Positions 10,074 to 18,765 of a stretch of DNA of 64,000 nt are shown one piece after another. Location of the stretch: positions 125,018 through 189,017 of the forward strand of contig DATAKL010000034.1 in the NCBI GenBank assembly GCA_036261625.1, written 5' to 3'. The stretch is from Ignavibacteriales bacterium (lineage in GTDB: Bacteria; Bacteroidota; Ignavibacteria; Ignavibacteriales; SURF-24). Below the pieces are notes generated by a model. It saw only the letters and a program-made list of their open reading frames with translations, ran no database searches and was not told where the DNA came from. Each line of letters begins with the position of its first letter. The first letter of the stretch is position 1. A program made the position numbers and the translations under genes.

Positions 10074-10100
10074 ACCCGGCCCCAAAAGCCGGGTTTTTTA
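10074..10100 (+). terminator. Rho-independent terminator ending the suf operon
   Basis: ACCCGGC / GCCGGGT stem with a 7-nt loop, followed by TTTTTTA. Confidence 0.8.
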
Positions 10101-10312
10101 TTTGAAAAAGCCCGATTTCCCCTCATTTTCCCATCATCACGATCTACAGGTTAAAAAAATGTTTACTTTTTGACAAATATTAATTAAATAAATAAAAAAG
10201 CGGGCATATCTTCGTTCCCCGCAGACAGTTAAAATACGGATCTCTTCCCTGAAATTCTAATTAGCAGCAGTTAGTCTGGACCGGTTATTTTTTCAAATTA
10301 TTATAAATCAAA

Positions 10313-12739
10313 ATGGGAAAAACCTTAGATGTTCAGTTAAAGTGCTATCATTGCGGCAGTGAGTGCCGTGATGGGGATATTGCCGCAGGCGGAAAAATTT
10401 TCTGCTGCCAGGGATGCAGGACGGTCTATGAAATCCTTGAAATAAATGACTTAAGCCGGTACTATGCTTTAAGTGCAAGCCCCGGAACATCTCAAAAGAA
10501 AATTTCCACAAAAGAAAAATTTGAATATCTCGACCATGCCGAGGCTTCAGCTAAATTACTGGACCTTACAGACGGGATTGTGTCAGTTATAACGCTTTTC
10601 ATTCCGCAGATGCATTGCAGTTCCTGCATCTGGCTCCTGGAGAATCTTTATAAATTCAATGCTGGCATTCAGTATTCACGCGTAAACTTCCTTCAGAAAA
10701 AGATCACAATCAGGTTTAATGAAAGCATCATCAGCTTGAAAAATGTAGTGGAACTTCTGACGGCAATAGGCTATGAGCCTGAAATAAACTTAAGCAGCAC
10801 TGAAAAGGAAAGTGAGGAGGATGAAAGGAATAAAAAAAGCCGCGATAAAAGCATTTACTACAAGACCGGTGTAGCAGGATTCTGTTTTGGAAATATAATG
10901 CTACTTAGTTTTCCGGAATATCTTTCTATTGTAAATAATGTCGACCTGTTCCTTAAAAGCATATTCAGCTATTTAATTCTTCTGCTTTCACTTCCTGTAT
11001 TTTTCTACTGCAGCTCGGACTATTTCAGTTCAGCCGTCCGTGCACTGCAAAAGAAAATGATAAACATAGATTTCCCGATCTCACTCGGCATTCTCGCGCT
11101 TTTCGGAAGAAGCATCTATGAGATACTCTCCTCTTCGGGCACGGGATATATGGATTCCTTAAGCGGACTGGTGTTCTTTCTTCTACTGGGGAGAATGTTT
11201 CAGGATAAGACTTACGACATACTGAACTTTGAGCGGAATTATAAATCGTATTTCCCAGCCTATGCAGTGATAAAAAATGAAGAACGCGAGCAATCCATTC
11301 CTCTTTCGGCACTTAAGGTTGGAGACAGGATTATAATAAGAAATGATGAGCTGATACCTGCCGACTCGGTCTTAATATGCGGCAGGGCGAACATCGACTA
11401 CAGTTTTGTTTCCGGTGAATCCGCAGCTGTGGAAATTCCCGAGGGCAGCATAATACATGCAGGCGGAAGGCAGAGAGGAACCGCCCTGGAACTGGAAGTA
11501 ATAAAGAAAACTTCGCAGAGCTACATTACACAGCTCTGGAATAATAGCGACTTTACGAAGCCCGATGAAAATAAAATTGCAGCTTTCAGCATCCTGGCTG
11601 GAAAATACTTCACACTGGCGGTTCTTTTGACGGCAGGCATCTCCGGAATCTGCTGGCTTAACACCGGCATAGCACAGGCGCTTAACGTATTTACTTCTGT
11701 TCTGATTGTGGCCTGTCCATGCGCACTTGCTCTTTCAGCCCCATTTACTTTGGGCAGCACGCTCAGAATCTTCGGAAGAAGCAGGTTCTATCTGAAGAAT
11801 GCATCCGTTGTGGAAAAACTTTCCGGAATAAACCACGTGGTCTTTGATAAGACCGGAACACTCACCAGTCTTAATGAAAGAAGCATCCGGTTCTATGGAA
11901 GCGATCTTTCTCAGGAGGATAATGAGGCAATTAAATCCGTACTGCATAATTCAATACATCCTTTAAGCAGGAGCATATTAAAACTTTACCCGGAGGTGAG
12001 GTTAGTTGAAACAGAGAATTTCAGGGAGTACCCGGGACGGGGACTGGAAGGGAAAGTACAGGGGAGGAAAATAAGGCTCGGTTCAGTTTCTTTTGTAATA
12101 GGCACCGAGGCCGGCGGAGTGCCTTCGGGCAACAGTTCTTCGGTCTATGTTTCTATAGATGATGATATAAAGGGTTTTTTCAGAGCAGGCAACATTTACC
12201 GTGAGGGTCTTAAGGATCTTGCGGGCTGTCTTCAGAATTACGAAGTCTCTGTACTTTCAGGCGACTACGACGGAGAGAAGGAAACCTTAAGAGACATTCT
12301 GGGAACCAAGGCTAAAATGTTCTTCAGGCAGTCTCCTTACGATAAGCTGAGCCACATAAAAAAACTTCAGAACCAGAATAAAAGGACTCTCATGATCGGC
12401 GACGGATTAAACGATGCCGGAGCCTTAATGAAAAGCGATGTGGGTATTTCAATTTCAGAAGAGGCAGTTAACTTTTCCCCTGCATGCGATGCAATACTTG
12501 AGGCACAGGAGTTCGGAAAATTGGGAGAATTCCTGAAGTTCTCAAAAATAAGCATGAAGATAATATACATGAATCTTGCAGTGTCTCTTTTATACAACAT
12601 TGCAGGCGTGGGCTTTGCAGTTAATAACAGTCTTACTCCCGTAATTTCAGCAATACTTATGCCTTTAAGTTCAATTACAGTAGTTCTACTTGCTACGGCC
12701 GCAACAAACCTCGCGGCAAAAATCAAGGGATTGAAGTAA
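10313..12739 (+). CDS. ccoI: Copper-translocating P1B-type ATPase of the cbb3 assembly type (CcoI/FixI)
   Basis: It has an N-terminal Cys-rich metal-binding region (CYHCGSEC...CCQGC), the CPC motif (VACPCAL), DKTGTLT and GDGLND, and it lies directly upstream of ccoS. Confidence 0.9.
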   Translation: MGKTLDVQLKCYHCGSECRDGDIAAGGKIFCCQGCRTVYEILEINDLSRYYALSASPGTSQKKISTKEKFEYLDHAEASAKLLDLTDGIVSVITLFIPQMHCSSCIWLLENLYKFNAGIQYSRVNFLQKKITIRFNESIISLKNVVELLTAIGYEPEINLSSTEKESEEDERNKKSRDKSIYYKTGVAGFCFGNIMLLSFPEYLSIVNNVDLFLKSIFSYLILLLSLPVFFYCSSDYFSSAVRALQKKMINIDFPISLGILALFGRSIYEILSSSGTGYMDSLSGLVFFLLLGRMFQDKTYDILNFERNYKSYFPAYAVIKNEEREQSIPLSALKVGDRIIIRNDELIPADSVLICGRANIDYSFVSGESAAVEIPEGSIIHAGGRQRGTALELEVIKKTSQSYITQLWNNSDFTKPDENKIAAFSILAGKYFTLAVLLTAGISGICWLNTGIAQALNVFTSVLIVACPCALALSAPFTLGSTLRIFGRSRFYLKNASVVEKLSGINHVVFDKTGTLTSLNERSIRFYGSDLSQEDNEAIKSVLHNSIHPLSRSILKLYPEVRLVETENFREYPGRGLEGKVQGRKIRLGSVSFVIGTEAGGVPSGNSSSVYVSIDDDIKGFFRAGNIYREGLKDLAGCLQNYEVSVLSGDYDGEKETLRDILGTKAKMFFRQSPYDKLSHIKKLQNQNKRTLMIGDGLNDAGALMKSDVGISISEEAVNFSPACDAILEAQEFGKLGEFLKFSKISMKIIYMNLAVSLLYNIAGVGFAVNNSLTPVISAILMPLSSITVVLLATAATNLAAKIKGLK

Positions 12740-12740
12740 G

Positions 12741-12932
12741 ATGTGGGTACTTATTATACTTATGTTCTTCAGCCTTCTTGTTGCGCTCATATTCCTGGGG
12801 GCTTTCATCTGGGCTGTAAAAAGCGGGCAGTACGATGACAAATATACGCCCTCGGTAAGAATACTTCTGGATGATGATGTAAGGAAAAGCGGAGTTCCGG
12901 ATTCCCACAATTCAGGCAGGGCGGAAGGTTAA
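12741..12932 (+). CDS. ccoS: cbb3 oxidase maturation protein CcoS/FixS
   Basis: 63 aa with a single TM followed by the WAVKSGQYDD motif. It starts 2 nt after the ccoI stop. Confidence 0.85.
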   Translation: MWVLIILMFFSLLVALIFLGAFIWAVKSGQYDDKYTPSVRILLDDDVRKSGVPDSHNSGRAEG

Positions 12933-13007
12933 AAGAGTTCAAGGTGTGCGGAAAGGAGAAATAATTAAATATTAAACAGGTTAATCATTCCAACCAAAGA
13001 GGGGCAG

Positions 13008-15182
13008 ATGGATAAAAATAAACCGGCTTACAGCTCTGATGCGGGAAAAACCGCAGGCGGGGGGGCTGCCGTTCAGGTTGAAACTTTCAGCTACGATAAT
13101 CAGATTGTAAGAAGCTTTGCACTGGCCACAATTATTTGGGGAGTAATTGGAATGCTGGTGGGGCTCATCGCTGCGGTTCAGCTCTTCTGGCCGCAGCTGA
13201 ACCTGGGAATTCAGTACGTATCCTTCGGCAGGATAAGACCGCTCCACACAAATGCGGTCATCTTTGCCTTTGTCGGAAACGCCATATTCATGGGGGTTTA
13301 CTACTCGCTTCAAAGACTCTGCAGGACCAGGATGTACAGTGATCTTTTAGGCAAAATCAACTTCTGGGGCTGGCAGCTGATCATCCTTTCTGCCGTCATT
13401 ACCTTTGCACTTGGCTACATTACAAGCAAGGAATATGCAGAACTTGAATGGCCGATCGATATTGCGATTGCAGTCGTATGGGTCATCTTCGGCATTAATC
13501 TTCTTGGCACGCTCTTAAAAAGACGTGAGCCTCATATGTATGTTGCCATCTGGTTTTATATTGCAACGTGGGTTACAGTTGCAATTCTTCACATTGTCAA
13601 TTCGTTTGAAATTCCCGTCTCACTTTTCAAGAGTTATTCGCTTTATGCCGGGGTGCAGGACGCTCTGGTGGAGTGGTGGTACGGGCATAATGCCGTTGCA
13701 TTCTTTCTAACGACGCCGTATCTGGGACTCATGTATTACTTTCTGCCCAAGGCAGCCAACCGTCCCATTTATTCATACAGGCTTTCAATAATTCATTTCT
13801 GGTCGCTCATATTTATTTACATCTGGGCCGGTCCCCATCATCTTTTATACACAGCGTTACCCGATTGGGCCCAGTCGCTGGGAACAGTATTCTCAATTAT
13901 GCTTATTGCGCCTTCATGGGGAGGAATGATAAACGGCCTTTTGACATTAAGGGGTGCGTGGGACAAGGTGCGCGAAGAACCGGTATTGAAGTTCATGGTG
14001 GTTGCAGTAACGGCATACGGCATGGCGACCTTTGAAGGACCCATGTTAGCGCTGAAGAACGTCAATGCAGCCCTGCATTATACTGACTGGATAATTGCCC
14101 ACGTGCACATAGGAGCCCTGGGGTGGAACGGTTTTCTTACCTTCGGAATTCTGTATTGGCTTATTCCGAAACTCTACCGCACGGAGCTATTCAGCAGGAA
14201 ACTTGCCAATGTGCATTTCTGGATCGGAACGCTGGGGATTGTATTCGTGGCGCTCTCCCTATACTGGGCTGCTGTAACGCAGTCGCTAATGTGGAAGCAG
14301 TTTACTCCGCTTGGCGTTCTTCAGTACCCGAATTTTCTTGAGACAGTGCTTAAGATAATTCCGATGTATGTCATCCGCGCCATCGGGGCCTCGGCATACT
14401 TTGCGGGCGTTATTATAATGATTGTAAACCTTGTAAAGACGATGAAGAAGGGCCACTTCCAGAAAGATGAAATGGCAGAAGCGCCTTTGGTTATGCACAA
14501 TGGAGGTGAAAAAGGACACCGCTGGCTTGAAAGCCGCCCCGTGCAGTTTACAATTGCTGCTGCTGTTGCAATTCTTATTGGAGGAATAGTGGAGTTCATT
14601 CCTACGTTCCTTGTCAAATCAAATATTCCAACCATAGCAAGCGTTAAGCCTCTTACAGCACTTGAGCAGCAGGGGCGCGACATTTACCAGAGGGAGGGGT
14701 GCAACAACTGCCACTCGCAGATGATACGACCTTTTAGAAGCGAGACACAAAGATATGGTAAATACTCAAAAGCAGGAGAATACGTCTATGATCATCCCTT
14801 CCTCTGGGGCTCAAAGCGCACGGGTCCCGACCTGCACCGCGAGGGAGGAAAGTATCCCGACCAGTGGCATTATTATCACATGCAGAACCCGTCTTCAATG
14901 TCGCCGGGCTCAATAATGCCTTCATACGCCTGGCTTTACACGCAGAAAATTGACATCGGGCAGACAGCATCAAAGATATCGGCATTAAGAAAAATCGGTG
15001 TGCCGTATGTTGCGGGTTACGAAAACGTTGCAAATGAAGAGCTTGCACGGCAGGCCCTGGCAATTCAAAAGCGACTTATAGCCAATGGAATAGCAGTTGA
15101 AGCGGACAGGGAGATAATTGCTATTATTGCATATCTGCAGAGGCTTGGGACAGACATAAAAGTTACACAGGCAATGAAATAG
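13008..15182 (+). CDS. ccoNO: cbb3-type cytochrome c oxidase, fused subunits I and II (CcoN-CcoO)
   Basis: 724 aa. The N-terminal part is a polytopic heme-copper oxidase (HNAVAFF, HHLLYT, AHVHIGALGW). The C-terminal CcoO part carries the heme c site CNNCHSQMIRP. Confidence 0.92.
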   Translation: MDKNKPAYSSDAGKTAGGGAAVQVETFSYDNQIVRSFALATIIWGVIGMLVGLIAAVQLFWPQLNLGIQYVSFGRIRPLHTNAVIFAFVGNAIFMGVYYSLQRLCRTRMYSDLLGKINFWGWQLIILSAVITFALGYITSKEYAELEWPIDIAIAVVWVIFGINLLGTLLKRREPHMYVAIWFYIATWVTVAILHIVNSFEIPVSLFKSYSLYAGVQDALVEWWYGHNAVAFFLTTPYLGLMYYFLPKAANRPIYSYRLSIIHFWSLIFIYIWAGPHHLLYTALPDWAQSLGTVFSIMLIAPSWGGMINGLLTLRGAWDKVREEPVLKFMVVAVTAYGMATFEGPMLALKNVNAALHYTDWIIAHVHIGALGWNGFLTFGILYWLIPKLYRTELFSRKLANVHFWIGTLGIVFVALSLYWAAVTQSLMWKQFTPLGVLQYPNFLETVLKIIPMYVIRAIGASAYFAGVIIMIVNLVKTMKKGHFQKDEMAEAPLVMHNGGEKGHRWLESRPVQFTIAAAVAILIGGIVEFIPTFLVKSNIPTIASVKPLTALEQQGRDIYQREGCNNCHSQMIRPFRSETQRYGKYSKAGEYVYDHPFLWGSKRTGPDLHREGGKYPDQWHYYHMQNPSSMSPGSIMPSYAWLYTQKIDIGQTASKISALRKIGVPYVAGYENVANEELARQALAIQKRLIANGIAVEADREIIAIIAYLQRLGTDIKVTQAMK

Positions 15183-15197
15183 TATAAAGGGACAGAA

Positions 15198-15401
15198 ATG
15201 TTTTCCGAATATCTGGAAAAAATAGAAAATGTCGGGGTCTATCCTGCAGTTGCCCTGGTAATATTCTTTGTACTGTTCATTATTCTTTTAATTTGGGTCT
15301 TCAGGATGGATAAGCGCTACATTCAGAGGATGAAAAATCTTCCTCTTGATAAAAACAAAAATAACGGGAAAAGCAATGGTGAGGATAAAAAGGGATATTA
15401 A
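15198..15401 (+). CDS. ccoQ: Small membrane protein in the CcoQ/FixQ position
   Basis: 67 aa with one TM helix (VYPAVALVIFFVLFIILLIWVF). The call rests on its position between ccoNO and ccoP. Confidence 0.6.
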   Translation: MFSEYLEKIENVGVYPAVALVIFFVLFIILLIWVFRMDKRYIQRMKNLPLDKNKNNGKSNGEDKKGY

Positions 15402-16281
15402 ATTCAAAGAGAAATTTAAGCCTTCAGCACTATTGGCTCTTGGTACAGTGCTGCTAAGCTGTTCAAATGTATTTTCGCAGGATACTACCGCACAGGCTGC
15501 CCCTTCAGGGGAGATGAACTGGGGCAGTTATGCCAAATGGGCATCGGTACTGCTTGGAATTTCGGTCATTTTTATTCTGTGGCTCACGCTGACATACGGG
15601 AACAGGCCTGAAATAAGGGGGGAGAAAAAGAAGTTTTCTTTTCTTAAGATTGTGAGCAAAATCAGTGCTGCCGCTCCCCTGGAAAAAGAACAGGAAATTA
15701 TAATGGAGGATAATTTCGACGGGATCAGGGAATTGAATAATAAAATTCCACCATGGTTTAATATCCTTTTTATCGGCACAATAATATTTTCTGCAATTTA
15801 TCTCCTGGATTACCATGTCTTCGGATCGGGGCAGGTTTCCAAGGAGGAATACCAACAGGAGATGGAGGATGCGGCTCTTCAGAAGGAGATCCTGAACCGC
15901 ACGGGCAAACTTGTCTCTGAGGCTACGGTAACAGAGCTTAAGGATCCGGGATCCATTCAAGCGGGGAAGGAGACATTCCTTGCCAAGTGTGCCGTATGCC
16001 ACGGAAGACAGGCCGAGGGGGTCGTGGGTCCAAATCTTACTGATGACTACTGGATTCACGGAACAGGAATCAAAAATGTTTTCAGGGTAATCAAGGACGG
16101 AGTGCCGCAAAAAGGAATGCCCACATGGGACGGACAGATTAGTCCTAAACAGATTCAGGAAGTTGCAAGCTACGTACTGTCGCTCCACGGAACGAATCCT
16201 CCCAATTCAAAAGCGCCGCAGGGCGTGAAAGCAGAAGAAGACAGTACAAATGCTGCAGAGGCTAAGAAATTAAATGAGTAA
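15376..16281 (+). CDS. ccoP: cbb3 oxidase subunit III (CcoP-like), mono-heme, with an N-terminal extension
   Basis: It has the FixP_N-like motif DGIRELNNKIPPWF followed by a TM helix, and a single CAVCHG heme c site. Starting at ATG 15376 gives a K/R-rich n-region, a hydrophobic core and an LLSC lipobox. The ORF-track start is 15346. Confidence 0.8.
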   Translation: MVRIKRDIKFKEKFKPSALLALGTVLLSCSNVFSQDTTAQAAPSGEMNWGSYAKWASVLLGISVIFILWLTLTYGNRPEIRGEKKKFSFLKIVSKISAAAPLEKEQEIIMEDNFDGIRELNNKIPPWFNILFIGTIIFSAIYLLDYHVFGSGQVSKEEYQQEMEDAALQKEILNRTGKLVSEATVTELKDPGSIQAGKETFLAKCAVCHGRQAEGVVGPNLTDDYWIHGTGIKNVFRVIKDGVPQKGMPTWDGQISPKQIQEVASYVLSLHGTNPPNSKAPQGVKAEEDSTNAAEAKKLNE

Positions 16282-16314
16282 TGAAATTTATTTTAATAAT
16301 ATGAAAGATGTTTT

Positions 16315-16422
16315 ATGAATCAGGTATTGCCTGATAATACTCAGGAATTCAGGGATTCTCTGGGTATTGTAAGTAAAGAGGGAAAAAGAAACTGGATATA
16401 TCCCAAAAAGCCCAAAAGATAA
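16315..16422 (+). pseudogene. ccoG: Remnant of ccoG (N-terminal 35 codons only)
   Basis: It translates to MNQVLPDNTQEFRDSLGIVSKEGKRNWIYPKKPKR then stop. The FRD...GKR.W.YPKKP pattern matches the N-terminus of Bacteroidota-type CcoG as I recall it, and the position between ccoP and ccoH is the canonical one. A full CcoG is ~450-480 aa. Confidence 0.6.
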
Positions 16423-16529
16423 CGGTTTATGCAGGCAGTAAAAAGATTGATGAAATTAATAGGTCCTTCCTGGGGAGAACAGAATAAGATTTAGAAACAA
16501 TTAAGTCGCTAAAACGGAGTAACCTAAAA

Positions 16530-16970
16530 ATGATATTTCACTGGGGAAGAGGCATATTTATTCTCTACGGAACGTTCGTACTCGGAATTCTTTTAATGGT
16601 CTCTTTTTATATGGGGCAGGACGTTCAGCTCATCTCAAAGGAATATTATGAGGATGAAGTCAGATATCAGAATAAAATTGAAAAGCTTAAACGTACTTAT
16701 GCACTGAAAGATAAAGTAACCTTTAAGACAGCAGATGAAAAAGTTGAGATTTCATTTCCGGAAACAATTCATAAGAAAATCTCAGGTGAAATATTATTCT
16801 TCCGCCCTTCGGATGAAAAGTGCGACTTCAGAGAGAAGCTTAACATAGATTCAAACTGTGTTCAGACGGTAAACTTTCACGGAAAAAGAAAAGGCTTGTG
16901 GAAAGTTGAACTGAGCTGGAAGGCAGGAAGCGAGGAATATCTGAACGAGAAAACTATCAGGATTCAGTAG
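16530..16970 (+). CDS. ccoH: FixH/CcoH-family cbb3 assembly protein
   Basis: 146 aa. An N-terminal TM (WGRGIFILYGTFVLGILLMV) is followed by a periplasmic domain, and the synteny fits. Confidence 0.75.
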   Translation: MIFHWGRGIFILYGTFVLGILLMVSFYMGQDVQLISKEYYEDEVRYQNKIEKLKRTYALKDKVTFKTADEKVEISFPETIHKKISGEILFFRPSDEKCDFREKLNIDSNCVQTVNFHGKRKGLWKVELSWKAGSEEYLNEKTIRIQ

Positions 16971-17027
16971 ATGCAGCTTTAATCATTTGATTTACATATT
17001 TGGCGTTTTACTTTTAGAGGGGGGGCT

Positions 17028-17852
17028 ATGGAATTTTGGAGTGCTTTTCTGATAGGACTGGCAGGAAGCCTGCATTGTGCCGGCATGTGCGGGGCCTTGG
17101 TGCTTGCTCTTCCACAGCAGGACAAATTCAGTTTTATTTCCGGAAGAGCGCTTTATAACGCGGGCAGAATTGTGTCTTATGTATTTTTGGGTCTTCTCTT
17201 TGGAGCCTTCGGCAGCACGGCTTCACTTTTCGGCCTGCAGCAGCATATGTCAGTTCTGCTTGGAGTAATAATAATTCTTCTTGTAATTGTGCCGCGGCGG
17301 TACAGAAACAAAGTGAACAGTCTTGCGCTCTTTGCAGATTACAAAAAAAAGCTGCAGAGCTATATGGGAAAAATCTTAAAAAAGAATTCTTCAATGTCTT
17401 TGTTGTTCCTGGGCATGCTGAACGGACTTCTTCCCTGCGGAATGGTTTACATGGCGCTTGCCGGAGCAGTAACTTCATTTGGTCTTAAAAGCGCAATGGC
17501 TTATATGGCACTCTTCGGTCTTGGCACACTGCCGATGATGTTTACAGTATCTCTTATGGGGCGCTACGCCGTCGGCTATGGGCTGCGTAGAAATCTGGGG
17601 CGCGTGGTTCCTCTTCTTGCATTTATGCTTGGTGCTGTTTTTATCCTTCGGGGAATGAACCTGGGGATACCTTACCTGAGTCCAAAACTTCCAATGAAAA
17701 TGAATCACATGCAAATGGATCATACGGGAATGCAGAAGGCCGGCATAAAACTTTCTCAGGCAAATAAATCCGGAATGATACCGGGTGTGAACATGTCAAC
17801 AACGGACAGCCGCAGTTCAAATAGCTGCATTAAAGACAATTGCTGCAAGTAA
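17028..17852 (+). CDS. TauE/SafE-like (COG2836-type) membrane protein with an HCxGMCG motif and a Met/His-rich tail
   Basis: It has GSLHCAGMCGALV at the N-terminus and several TM helices. The C-terminal tail reads PMKMNHMQMDHTGMQ...CIKDNCCK. Genes of this kind commonly close cco clusters in Bacteroidota. Confidence 0.7.
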   Translation: MEFWSAFLIGLAGSLHCAGMCGALVLALPQQDKFSFISGRALYNAGRIVSYVFLGLLFGAFGSTASLFGLQQHMSVLLGVIIILLVIVPRRYRNKVNSLALFADYKKKLQSYMGKILKKNSSMSLLFLGMLNGLLPCGMVYMALAGAVTSFGLKSAMAYMALFGLGTLPMMFTVSLMGRYAVGYGLRRNLGRVVPLLAFMLGAVFILRGMNLGIPYLSPKLPMKMNHMQMDHTGMQKAGIKLSQANKSGMIPGVNMSTTDSRSSNSCIKDNCCK

Positions 17853-17928
17853 TACTTCAAAAATATCGCCTGGAACTACAAGCCTGTCAAAGAGCTTAAT
17901 TTCTGCTTAGAATGAAGATGTAATTATC

Positions 17929-17956
17929 TTGACATTTTTGGCAAAAAAAATATATT
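17929..17956 (+). promoter_or_regulatory. Candidate sigma70-type promoter (TTGACA-16 bp-TATATT)
   Basis: TTGACA lies at 17929-17934 and TATATT at 17951-17956, ~40 bp upstream of the DUF892 gene start. Confidence 0.5.
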
Positions 17957-17994
17957 AAAATGAGAAACGCGTAATAAAATATGGAGGAATGAAC

Positions 17995-18486
17995 ATGCAA
18001 GTCGATTCGCTGAAAAAACTTTATATGGATGAATTAAGAGATCTGGTAAGTTCAGAAAGCCAAATCATTGAAGCCATGCCGAAGATGATCCAGTCTGCAT
18101 CTTCAAAAGAACTGAAGAATGCTTTTAGTGAGCATCTGGATGTAACCAAGCGTCAGCTGGACAGGCTCAAAGAAATCTTCCGCAATATGAGTGAATCACC
18201 GGAAGGTAAAACCTGTATTGGAATGCAGGGAATAATAAAGGAAGGTCAGCAGATGTTAAGTGAGGCTACTGATCCAGAGGTGAAAGATGCCGGCTTAATT
18301 GCCGCCGCACAGAGAATTGAACACTATGAAATTGCGGTCTACGGAGTAGTGAGAACTTATGCTGAAATACTGGGAGATGAAGACTCGAGAGACCTCCTGC
18401 AGAATACACTGGATGAGGAAAAACAAACGGATAAAAAATTAACTGAACTGGCTGTTAACAGTATAAATGTAGAGGCAAGAAAATAA
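17995..18486 (+). CDS. Ferritin-like DUF892 protein (YciE/YciF family), paralog 1
   Basis: YciE/F-like blocks are present (LYMDELRDLVSSESQ, AAQRIEHYEIAVYG). GGAGG at 17983-17987 is well spaced for ATG 17995, and this start aligns the N-terminus with paralog 2. Confidence 0.85.
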   Translation: MQVDSLKKLYMDELRDLVSSESQIIEAMPKMIQSASSKELKNAFSEHLDVTKRQLDRLKEIFRNMSESPEGKTCIGMQGIIKEGQQMLSEATDPEVKDAGLIAAAQRIEHYEIAVYGVVRTYAEILGDEDSRDLLQNTLDEEKQTDKKLTELAVNSINVEARK

Positions 18487-18523
18487 AAAAGCCTGCCCTG
18501 CATTACTCCGGTAAAGTTTAATT

Positions 18524-18557
18524 TCAGGAGGCCGCCTGCTTCAGGAGGCCGCCTGCT
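18524..18557. repeat. Perfect 17-bp tandem duplication (TCAGGAGGCCGCCTGCT x2)
   Basis: Read directly. It is nested inside a long-range inverted repeat, GCCTGCCCTGCA (18491-18502) and TGCAGGGCAGAC (18593-18604), which matches at 11 of 12 positions. Confidence 0.9.
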
Positions 18558-18765
18558 TTGAATGATGAAGCTCCCGGAAAAAATGTTTCAATTGCAGGGC
18601 AGACCTTAAAAACAGCCGGGCTTCCGGGTATCGCCAATTATAGTCATGGATAGTCAGGTACTCATTTGTTCAAATATTTTCTTCAGTCTTCTTTATAACT
18701 AATGCAGCTGGTTCATCCTGGCCGGAGAATTATTCTAAAAACAAAAATGCTTTGGAGGTTGAGAA

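Noticed and set aside
9630-10085. A 151-aa minus-strand ORF lies opposite the Rrf2 regulator gene.
   Set aside because: It is antisense to a gene with a clear wHTH motif, and it runs through the terminator hairpin.
15505-16188. A 227-aa minus-strand ORF lies opposite ccoP.
   Set aside because: It is antisense to a gene with a recognisable heme c site and FixP_N motif, and it has no motif or start context of its own.
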